64,000 bases of DNA from Sminthopsis crassicaudata (lineage: Eukaryota), in NCBI RefSeq assembly GCF_048593235.1, contig NC_133618.1, positions 59,864,478 to 59,928,477 on the forward strand, given 5' to 3'. Shown here piece by piece: positions 1 through 13,187 of this stretch. The translations under genes and the position numbers were made by a program. The notes under the pieces are model-generated. The model was not told the DNA's origin. It was given only the letters and a program-made list of their open reading frames with translations, and ran no database searches. How positions within the stretch are numbered: position 1 is the first letter of the stretch; each line of letters starts with the position of its first letter.

Positions 1-3000
1 TCTGTTTGGGAAGGCAGAGGGAGAGGTAAAAAAGGAACAGGAGGGAAGCAACCAGCCCTTACTAACTAACGGTCCTGACTCCAGCCCTGTAGGCCCAGCC
101 CCCTGCCACAGTTCCTCAGTGGTCCTGTTCCCCAGCCCCACTGTGGCCCCCCCTGCAGATGCACCGGGTGAAAGAAGCATCTATAAGTAAGTCAGGGATG
201 GGACTCCAGCCTCTGTCCCCTTGGTTTCCCCTTCTCGTGGCCCATTGGCTCACAGCCAGCTCTCATCCTCTGGGGATGTACAAGCTGATAACCAAAGGGT
301 CTGCTGCCCAGCCCTGGGCCCCTCTCTCTGCCTGTCCCTTTTGCTCTCTTCCTGTGCTAGCCCAGCTTTGTGCCCTCTCTGGGACACCTGCCCCCTCCCT
401 GGGCACCTCCGGCCATCCCCTGCCCAACTTTTCTCTCTTTTTCCAGACTCCATCAAACTGTTCCTCTTTGGTAAGTGACTAAAGTGAGCAGAACCTCTGG
501 CCCTCTTGGACCACGTGTCTCCTGCTCCCCTCTCTTTCCCCTCCATTTTCTCTCCCCTCTCCTTCTCTTCCCCCTTTCCCTCCTGTGATTTCCCTGCACT
601 CCCAGATTTCAGCATCTTCCTCCCCATCTCTTTCCTCCTTCCCCCTCCCTCCTCCTCTCCTGGGAGCTGGGGATCCAGCAGTGGGGAGGAGGTGCTTGAA
701 AAGTTGGGAGAGGCTCATGGGGATGAGAGCTTCCCGGGGATCAGTGTGTGTCTGAGAGAGACTAAGCTAGTTTGGAACGGGGCGGTGACAGGTGGACTCG
801 GGGGTGAGTGCTGTAGGTGAACGACTCTCTTCCCCTAGGGCCCCTGAGAGCCCTGCCATGCCGGGGGTCCCGAGGGTTCCACCTGTGCTGAGCAGGTTGG
901 AGTAAGTACAGAGTGGGGCCGGCTTGGCCTGGCCCTGCTCAGGACTTTGTGCTCACTGCTTCAGAACCGCTTCCTCATGTGCAGGAGCAGCCATTTCTCC
1001 CCCTCAATTCCACATCTAGTTCCTACCCTCACTCTTTAAAAAACAAAAATTGGACTGGCCCAGGAAAGGGCCCAGCAGACAGAAAAGTGTCCCCTTTGAA
1101 CTGGAGGCTGTCCAGACCTAGCCTGGCACTGAGATGAGGAATACGGATGATGGGGAAGGCCCCAAGATGCCTCACTCGGCTCTCCAGCTGAATGGCTACC
1201 AGAGATCTGGGACAGCCTGGAGAGGGAAGAGGCCGAGGGATGAGGGGAGGCCGGACTCGGGAGGATGCCAGAGAGAGCCATAGAAGGACGGGCCTTCGGG
1301 CCCTGCCTCGACGGGATAAGGCTGAAGGAGGGAACTAAGGAGGGGTTACCTCAGAAGGCTAGTGGGGGCTTTGGTGGCCCTGATTCAGGTGGCCCAGGAT
1401 TCAGGACCTCCAAGGTCCAAAGAAGAAGCTGTCTCAGAACAAAGAGAATGAAACCATTTCACAAGAAAATACAAAAATGTTTTAAACACGGTGTTAAAAA
1501 GGTCCTGGCTGGTTTCAGCAAGTCCAGACAAGCTGTCCCATTGTCCAGAGGAGTCAGTGGTGGTCCAGGTTTGGGGGCAGGGGCTCCCATAGTGGTCTAA
1601 GTCCTTGAGAAGAGGGCAGGGGGCCGGCCTTCCATTTAAGATCTGAAAGCCTGAGGCAGACTGGAGATTTCCTAGTTGGGTTCTGCATTTCACAGAGAAG
1701 AACAGGGAGGCCCAGTGCTAAATGACTCCTGAACATCAGTCAGGGAGTGGCAGAGGCTTCAGTCCCAGGCCCTGCGGGCCAGACCCGCGCTCCCCGCTCC
1801 GTGCATGGGCTGCTGCTTACACGGGCTGTGTGTGCCCGTGCAGGGGCCTGGGGCTGCGTGGTTGGGGAGAGCCCTGCCGGCGGAAGCCGGCCTCGGTCTG
1901 GGTAGCACAGTGGGCTTGCTGTTGGCCGGCGGGGTGGGCCCGAGCCCCACAGCCCTGAGGAAGGCAGGCTGCAGAGGGACCCAGGTACTGGGCACCAATG
2001 GGAGCTCTCCTGCAGAGCCCGTTTCCTGGAGAACGTGGCGGCAGCTGAAACCGAGAAGCAGGCTGCCTTGGCCCAGGGGCGGGCTGAGGCCCTCGCCGGG
2101 GCCGTGCCAGACGAGTCTGATGGGCACCCAGGTGAGGAGGTGCTGGGGACGGTGGGAGGTCACTGATACCCCCAGGTGAGGAGGTGCTGGGGATGGTGGG
2201 AGGTCACTGATGGCCCCCCAGGTGAGGAGGTGCTGGGGACGGTGGGAGGTCACTGATGGCCCCCCAGGTGAGGAGGGCTCGGTGGGAGGTCATTTCTCCA
2301 AACTATAGTGCTCTGAATACCCTCTGCCCCTCGAAGGAGGAGGTGGTTGTGCTGAGGAGAGCTTGACCTTTGACTTGTACAGTGACCATGGGAATGACCT
2401 TCTTCTCTCTTCACAGACCCCCGAGAGCTGTGGAGCAGCCCAGAGCCAGAGCCCCTGCCCCGCCCCCCAACCAGCCCGAGAAGCCCCCTGCCCCGGACCC
2501 TGAGTTTGGCCCAGCGGGGCCTGGAGTCGGAGGTCCTGGCTGCAGAGGCTAAGGCCCCCACAGAGCCGCTCAGCCCCCAACCTTCGCTCCGGATTGGAGA
2601 CTTAGATTTCTCCGACCTAGGGGAGGATGAAGACCAGGACTTATTGGCCACTGAGGCACCTGCGGCTGGAGGAGATGTCCCAGCCCCGCCGCCCCTCCCT
2701 GGGAATCCTCCACCACCACCCCCTTTGCCCCCAGGATGCCCTCCCCCACCTCCGCCCCCACCCCCACTCCTGGGGGGGGCACCCCCTCCTCCCCCACCCC
2801 CTGGGCTACCCCCTCCTCCCCCAGGCCCTTCTGCCATCGATGGCCCTGCCCCCCCTCCCAAGAGGAAGACCCTGAAGCTGTTTTGGCGGGAGCTGAAGCC
2901 TGGAAAGGGGGTCAAAGGGACGGGCCGGTTTGGCCCCAGCCCCACCTTATGGGCCTCCCTGGAGCCTGTGACTGTGGACACGGCAAAGCTGGAGCACCTG

Positions 3001-6000
3001 TTTGAGACAAGAGCCAAGGACGTGATGTCCAACAAGGTACCTCCCTGAGCGCGGGGACGTAACAGCCACACGGCCTGGGCAGAGCCACCCCCTGGTCAGG
3101 GCCCATGCCCAGTTACCAGCCAAGGGAAGTGGCACGACACGGGTCACACAGAGTCTGGCAGAGCCCGGACTAAAGCCCAGGCCTTCAGACACAGAGCCAG
3201 CTTTCTTCCCCCGGCACAGCCTTGTTTCTGGGCCCTCGGGTTTACCAGGGCAAGGAATGCCCCTCAGCCCCCGTGCCAGGGCTGGCTCCCACCCCCGCCC
3301 TGCATGACCCTTACAGAAAGCTGCTGAAGGCCGAAGGACGATGACCACGGTGCTGGACCCCAAACGCAGCAACGCCATCAACATCGGCCTGACGACGCTG
3401 CCCCCCGTCCACGTCATCAAAGCCGCCCTGCTGGGCTTCGATGAGTTTGCTGTCAGCAAGGATGGCATCGAGGTGAGTTGGGGTGGTTGGGGGGGCTGTG
3501 AAGGGCAGAAGCGCCCCTCCATCCTAGCTCCCGACTTGTACCAGCAAAGCCCCCTTTCCTCTTAAATCAGCAGCGAAACTTGCATTAGGAAGCACAGCCT
3601 CGGGACTAATAGAGATTCACAGAACTGTACTTCAGCCCCCTAATGAATGGTTCCTGAACTGAATTTCTCAGGTCTGGGAGGAACCCCAGAGTCAGGAACC
3701 CCCTGAGGCCGTCCCTCGGGCCTGCTGGCGGGCACCTAGAGCTCCATGCACACTCGGAGCCTTCTCGTCTGTACAAGGGCTGGAAAACCAGCCCGAACGG
3801 CTCATTTCTGTACCCCCAGATGATCTCCTCCTGACTTCTGGGGGTCTCTGAAAACTACAAGAGAGGACCCCCCAGCGGGGTGGAGGTTCTCCCCTTCCTG
3901 TGTTCCGGTTTTTAGACCGAAAAGTGGCCACCCTGCTCCCCTCCGGGCTCCCTCCACAGCCCTCCTCCTCTCCCCTTTTTGTTCCAGCTTTATCTTCCTT
4001 CCTGTGTCTGTGTGGCATCCCTGCTCCAGGGTGACAGCGGTGACACCTGAATTAGGCAGGCCCCCCTAGCCTCAGGGTGTGCCCGTGCTTCCCTGGGCCT
4101 CCTGGGCTGAGGGAGTGTTTTCTCAGCCGCAGGCCTGGGGCCGGGAAGACCTCGTTCCCATGGCCTCCAGGGGCCCCTTCCTCACGGAGCTCCCTGGGAC
4201 AGGGGACCCAGCCCTTGCTCTGACCCCCTCTCCCCCACACACCTGGTGCTCCTGCACAGTCACTTCCCTTGGGGATTCTCTTCCTGCCCAATGAGACGCT
4301 CCCAGCCCTCTGGCTCCTCTGAGCCCCTCCCCTGAGGCTGCGCTCTGGGCGAGTCCCCTCAGCCCGGCCGAGCCGACTGTTGACAGGCTAGTGGACGTTT
4401 GAAGTCTGCCTGCTCCTCCTGCTCGGGCTGGGGTGTCTGCCTTCCCTGTGTGACCCCAAGTTGGCCAGACCAACCGCGGGCCTTTCCGTTGCCTCTGGGG
4501 GTCCTTAACTCTTTGGAGGTGGGGCTCTTCTTACAGTCCTACAACAGCCTGTGGTGGAAAGAGCCGCTCTCAGGCCCGGACTTCTTCCGGGCCCTCCGCG
4601 CTCCGTTTCTGGGGCCGGCTCTCGGGCCGTCAGCGTTCCGGCCCTCGCACACTCCTCGGCACCCGGCGGCTCTCCCCCGGAGAGTTCGCCCGAGGCACAT
4701 TTAAGCTGCATTTCAGGGTTACAAAGTGCGTTTCTGACTGACCTGTGAGGCAGGGGCGCAGGGGTAGCAGTAGTTTTAGGAACCGTGGAGGACGAGCCCA
4801 CTGTGCACACCTTGCGTTTTCCCGGCAGGGAAACCGAGGCTTAGAGGAAGGGCTGGAGCTCAGACCCATTCCTAGGACACGTGCTTAGGACCCTTTAATC
4901 AGCTCTCGGGGTGGGCGAGTGGGCCGCCCGGACCTCAGTTTCTTCATCCACAGAATGGGAGGGCGGGGTGGTTGTCCCTTCCGCTCCAGCGGTCTGTGAC
5001 GGCTCGGGCTGTCTGGAGGTCTCCGAGATCCCCCGCCCACCGGAGGGCCGAAGTCCAGAAGCTGACACGTTAATCGCCCCCCCCCCCCCCGGGATTTTCC
5101 AGGCTCCTACGGGAATAAATAAGGGGGTGTCAGCACACCCCTCCCCTCCCCCCGGAAACTGGGGGGCGCCCGAGCGCACAGACAGCGGGGGCTGCGTGTC
5201 TCCACAGAAACTGCTGACCATGGTGCCCACGGAGGAGGAGCGGCAGAAGATCCAGGAGGCCCAGGCGGCCAATCCGGACGTGCCCCTGGGCCCGGCCGAG
5301 AGCTTCCTGCTGACCCTCGCCTCGGTCGGCGGCCTGGCGGCCCGGCTGCAGCTGTGGGCCTTCAAGCTGGATTACGAGACCATGGAGCGGGTACGCGGAG
5401 CCGTGGGAATGGGCCCGCGGGGGAGGGCCACGGGAGGGCGCCTCCTACTGGTGTTTGGAGGCAAGAGGAGCCAGATGGGCAGAGGACCGATTCTTTGCAG
5501 AAAGTTGTCGGTAAAAGCGCTGCTTTAGTGGCACTTTTGGGGAGCTGGGGCAGCCGCTTCAGTGGGGTAACCTGGACTCCCTCCCCCGCCCACAGGAGAT
5601 TGCGGAGCCCCTGTTTGACCTGAAGCTGGGGATGCAACAACTGGTCCAGAACCCCACGTTCCGCTGCATCCTGGCCACCCTCCTGGCCGTGGGCAACTTC
5701 CTCAACAACTCCCAGGTGAGTGGGCCCGGAAAGGGGCTTCCTGCCCCCACCTCAGTGTCCCCCCCCAAGGGCCCCATGGGGGGGGGGGAGGCGCCGAGCG
5801 CGGCAGGCTGAGCAGGTGACCTTGCAGAGCAGCGGATTTGAGCTGAGTTACCTGGAGAAGGTGTCCGAGGTGAAGGACACAGTGCGCAGGCAGTCCCTGC
5901 TCTACCATCTCTGCACCCTGGTGCTCCAGAGCCAGCCCGAGTCCTCCGACCTCTACTCGGAGATCCCAGCCCTCACCCGGTGTGCCAAGGTCAGTGGGGG

Positions 6001-7352
6001 GGGATAGGGGGGGAGGTGGAGGGCTGTGGGGGGGGCACGGCGCCTGGCCTGGGACACCTCCCTGCTTGCAGGTGGACTTTGAGGTGCTGGCCGAGAACCT
6101 GGAGCAGCTGGAGAAGCGGAGCCGGGCGGCCGAGGAGCACCTGAGGAGCCTGAGCAAGCACGACCTGACGCCGGCCCTGCGCGCCCGCCTCACCCACTTC
6201 CTCAGCCAGTGTGCCCGGCGCATCGCCATGCTCAAAGTGGTGCATCGGCGCACGTGCAACAGGTGCGGGGCCGGGAGGTAAGGTGGGGGCGGGGTCCAGC
6301 CCCGTGGCCCCGCCTCACGGCCCTTGCTCCCCCAGGTTCCGCGCCTTCCTGCTCTACTTGGGATACCCAGCAGAAGCAGCCCGGGAGGTGCGCGTGATGC
6401 CCTTCTGCCAGACGCTTCACGAGTTTGCCCTGGAGTACCGCACGTGCCGGGAGCGAGTCCTCCAGCAGCAGCGGAAGCGGGCCACCTACCGCGAGCGCAA
6501 CAAGACTAGGGGGCGCATGATCACCGAGGTGAGCCTTCCGAGGCCCTCGCAGGACCCCTCCCCCCAAATCCCCTCATCCACGGGACTGAGACACCGCTGA
6601 CCCTGCCCCTCTCCTGTCCAGACAGAGAAATTCTCTTCGGTGGCCGGGGAGACCTCGGGACTACTGCCTGTGCCGGTGGCCGTGGGCAGCGGGCCAGGTC
6701 AGGGGGACAAGGACACCGACGTCACCATGCGGAGCCTGCTGACCAGTGGGTCTGAAGCCCCCACCCACAGTCGAAGGAGCCGAGGTAAAGGGTGGGAATC
6801 GAGGCTTTCAGACCTTGCTTCTCCCCCTCCCTTTCCTGAACCCTCCGCCATCTCCCCAGGCATGGCCCCCAACTCCACAGCGGCCCCGGCGGCCCCCCCA
6901 GAGGAGCCCCCCGGCTCCAGCTCTCCCCCCGACGCCTCGGATGAGATCATGGACAGACTGGTACAGTCCGTGACCCGGAGCAGCCCGCGGGCCCTGGCTG
7001 CACGAGAGCGCAAGCGATCTCGGGGCAACAGGAAGTCCTGTAAGTCACAGTCTCTACTAAAAATGTCAATCCCTTAGAGCAATTCTGCTCACTTTACAAA
7101 AAAGCCAGCAGAGACCCTCAGAGGGAAGGGACACCGTTGCCCAGGTTCCAGTCTTTTTCACCAGTGCACTACCCTGGTCCCACTCCCTGTGGGCCTGCAG
7201 GGCCCTTACCCCCCCACACACACCCCAACCATCATCCCCATGGCTAACCTATGCTGTTTCCTCCCGCAGTGAGGAGGACTCTGAAAGGCGGCCTCGGCGA
7301 TGACCTGGTGCAGGCATTGGGACTGAGCAAAGGGCCAGGTCTGGAGGTGTGA
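1..7352 (+). CDS. FHOD1: FH1/FH2 domain-containing protein 1 (formin), 3' part; 5' end lies upstream of the window
   Basis: Hand-spliced GT-AG exons: <1-186 (…[12 protein letters not shown]), 447-470 (cassette), 839-901 (cassette), 2016-2131 ([15 protein letters not shown]), 2417-3036 ([16 protein letters not shown], poly-Pro FH1, [11 protein letters not shown]), 3317-3472 ([19 protein letters not shown]), 5208-5390, 5596-5715 (LAVGNFLN), 5828-5989, 6072-6262, 6336-6528, 6622-6784, 6860-7039 ([12 protein letters not shown] plus basic [12 protein letters not shown]), 7270-7352 ([30 protein letters not shown] 7350-7352). All phases are compatible, and the motifs match mammalian FHOD1 as recalled. 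The start of the first exon cannot be fixed. Confidence 0.97.
447..470 (+). CDS. FHOD1: FHOD1 24-nt cassette micro-exon (K)LHQTVPL(W)
   Basis: Pyrimidine tract ttttctctctttttccag, then A CTC CAT CAA ACT GTT CCT CTT TG, then donor gtaagt. Phase 2-2. Resembles LHQTASVW of the long human FHOD1 isoform as recalled. Confidence 0.8.
839..901 (+). CDS. FHOD1: FHOD1 63-nt cassette exon (W)[20 protein letters not shown](E)
   Basis: ctctcttcccctag acceptor and gtaagt donor at 902. Phase 2-2. Resembles APESPPVPQSPPGQARLE of the long human isoform as recalled. Confidence 0.8.
2127..2292 (+). repeat. Intronic minisatellite, about 3.6 copies of a 44-46 bp unit starting at the FHOD1 exon/intron junction
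   Basis: Unit cccaggtgaggaggtgctgggga(c/t)ggtgggaggtcactgat(gg/a)cc(c). The GT of each cccag|gtgagg is at 2132, 2176, 2222 and 2268. Confidence 0.95.
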
Positions 7353-7549
7353 GAGGGGCGGTCCTCACTACCTCCCCCTCCAGGAACCTCCCAGAGCATG
7401 GCTTCCACTGTGGGGGAGGGCAGTGAGGGAGAAGAGGTGGAGAATTTGGGGGCCCAGGGGCCTGAACAGTATTACTTGTATATAAGCCTGTGTTGTGTGT
7501 GTGTGTCTGTGTGTGTGTGAGGTTGTGAGAGCCATTCCTAGCCTAGGAG

Positions 7550-7555
7550 AATAAA
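7550..7555 (+). terminator. FHOD1 polyadenylation signal
   Basis: AATAAA about 200 nt after the stop codon, followed by a T/GT-rich tract (ctgtgttctttcc). Confidence 0.8.
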
Positions 7556-7747
7556 GATATTCCTTAACCAACCAACTGTGTTCTTTCCTGCTGGAAGGCA
7601 TTTGAGCTTCTGGGGAAGGACAAAGGAGCCTGGGGCATCAGCCTCCAGCCCTGTTAGTCACTCAGTCTTGGCCAGTGCAGTAGGCTCTGTCCAGCAGGTG
7701 CCTCCCAGCACGTCAACACAGATACATGCAGCTCCCAGCTTTGGCTT

Positions 7748-7753
7748 TTTATT
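7748..7753 (-). terminator. TMEM208 polyadenylation signal
   Basis: tttatt on + (AATAAA on -), about 190 nt past the TAG at 7945-7947. Confidence 0.8.
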
Positions 7754-7944
7754 ATAATAAGCCAGCCCCCTTCCCCTGCCCACCCTGACCCAGTTTGTCC
7801 AGACGTCCAGGTTCCACAGTCTCTCTCAGGAAGTCATGGGGCCGGACCCAGGTGCTGGATAGGTAGGGCCTGCCCAGACCGGGAGAGCCCCACTCAGTCC
7901 TGCTCAGTTCAGTGGCTGCGGCCGGCCCTCTGCCACCATGCTGG

Positions 7945-11103
<3,159 letters not shown>

Positions 11104-11369
11104 GGTGTCACCGAGCCGCCGGCTCCGGAGCGGAGAGGAAGACGAGCGGCGGCGATGGACGCCAGGCAGCACCAGCTCAGCAGAGAAAGCGCTCCGGGTG
11201 GGGGAAGGGGGAGGGGGTTAAGGGTCGGGTGTCAATGACATCAAGGCGGGCGACGGAAGTGCGCAGTGCACTTCCTCCCAACGACTCCGCCCGGAGCCCC
11301 GACTGGACTACGACATCCAGCTGCCCGTGCGCGGCGGGCGGAGGCCGGGCTGGGGGAGGACTAGTGGCC
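11104..11369. promoter_or_regulatory. TMEM208/LRRC29 bidirectional CpG-island promoter
   Basis: The two ATGs are head to head, 266 nt apart, inside a CpG-dense block (about 9.8-12.05 kb). ETS/GABP-type CGGAAGTG at 11254-11261, inverted CACTTCC at 11269-11275, CRE-like TGACATCA at 11236-11243, and a near-consensus ZNF143/THAP11-type ACTACGACATCCAG at 11307-11320. Confidence 0.85.
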
Positions 11370-13120
11370 ATGGCCGCGTCGCTTCCCCCTGAGGTGAGAG
11401 TGGAGTTCACGGCCCCGGGCCCGAGGCCTCCTAGAAAACGTCCAGCCTCCACCTTGGTCCTCAGGCTAACGGTCAGGCCCTCGGCGGCCTCGCGCCCAAT
11501 CCGCTTTCCCACGCCCACCCCGCCCCCGCCCCGAAATTGCCCTCGTGGAAGGCGGGGGCAGCGCGGCGTGGGAGGACGGAAGGATGGGTTCAAATCCCAT
11601 CTCGGCCCCGCCGCGAGTCGCTGCGCCGCTCTGTGCCCCACTCTACTCACTTCCCCTCCAACTCCGAACCGCGTGTCTCCCTCTGCAGGCCGCCTCCTCC
11701 CCAAAGGAGCCGCACCACCTGTCCCTCCCCCACCTCCCGCCCCTTCCAGTGCTTCATTCAAGGAGGCATCCCCTCCCCTACCTCGTTCGCGGGGGCGGCG
11801 GCGAGCCTGAGTAAAGAAGCTCAGAACCCCCACCACGCTCGTCTGCCAAACTGGGGTTTCTGGGTGGCCTCCCCTCCCATGATTTTCCAAAGCTCAAGCA
11901 GACTCGCGTGGGCGGCGGTCGGGGGTCCGGGTTCTAGAGAAGCCTGGCGGGTCATTGCCCGCTTTTTTGGAGCTGCTGTAAAAAGTATCTCAGGGAGGGA
12001 GGTGGCGCCATCCTCACTTTACAGATGAGGAAACTGAGGCCCGCCGGGGGGGGGGGGGGAGGGGCTACCCAGAATCCTCTGGACACTGCCCCCGCTGGAC
12101 CGCCGGCTCCCCAGGACATGGAGGGTCAGGGCTAGAAGCGACCTCTGTACGGCGCTTTTCAAGGGAAGCATTCGGTCCCCCAGGTCTCTTCCCTGTAAAA
12201 TGGGGAAGTGGCGGTTTGCAGGGAGCTGTGCCTTCAGGGAATAATCTACCTGGGAGGAACGAATGCACCTGGCCAGGCGCAGCCAGCTGCGTCCAAGTGG
12301 TGACGGGAACCCAGCTCCTCCTGGCTCAGGCCAGGCCTCTGTCCACCGCTGGCCGAAGTACGGGGATAGACAAATGCATGGGAGTCTGCTGCCTCCGGGG
12401 AGGCTTCCCCCTGGCAGTCACACCGCCCTGGCAGCAGGAAGCAGACCAGGAATGGGATTTAAGATTTAGAAAGGGATTTTTGGAACCCAGTTAAGTGTTA
12501 CAAACGTTTATAAAGCTTGCACAATGGGCCAGATCCTGCACTAGGCACTGGAAACCCAAAAATGTGAAAAGGGTGCAGCCTTTCCCCTCGAGGACCTTCC
12601 ACGGGATGGGGGCAATATGACAGGCTCACAGAGGGAAATTAGGGTACAAAATAAAGGAGCTGCTGCACTGCTTTTGGTCTTCTCTATCCTGTTCCCACCC
12701 CCCACTTCTTTTTCTCATTTCTCTATCAGATCTTCCACTTCCTTTGATATATTGTCTTCCCCCATTAGATTGTAAATTCCTTGAGAGCAGAAGCTGGCTT
12801 TGTTCTGGATTTGTGTCCCTGTGCATAGCATAGAGCCTGGCACACAATAGGCACATAATAAATGTTTATTGGAGGACTAAAGTGTGATGTGGCAAAGAAG
12901 AGATCCAGACAAAGAACTGCCAAAAAAAAAAAAAAAAAAAAGTCCTTAGTGAAGAGAAAATACTTTAAATCAGAGACAAGAACACACACACAGTATTTCA
13001 GGCAAAAGGAAAGCCCTTCATAAATGTCCTGAGAGAGGACAGGGCAAGAGCAAATAGAAATTAGAAAATCATTTTAGCCAGAAAAAGACTCCCATTAAGT
13101 GCTTTTTTTTTTTTCCCCCA

Positions 13121-13187
<67 letters not shown>

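Noticed and set aside
580-803. Possible extra FHOD1 exon after the long pyrimidine tract ([20 protein letters not shown]…)
   Set aside because: The acceptor at 605 gives TG|A stop. The in-frame acceptor has no phase-2 donor, and the gtgagt at 804 would leave a 35-nt intron.
2127-2292. CRISPR-like reading of the 44-46 bp repeats, and of the spaced cores at 10680-10994
   Set aside because: This is vertebrate DNA, the units are contiguous or have self-similar spacers, and there are no cas genes. They are minisatellites.
2250-3071. 273-aa minus-strand ORF with poly-Gly
   Set aside because: It is the antisense shadow of the proline-rich FH1 exon; CCN codons leave the opposite strand open.
11177-12028. 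Several 160-237 aa ORFs on both strands
   Set aside because: CpG-island sequence is poor in stop codons; the products are low-complexity Pro/Gly/Arg/Ala.
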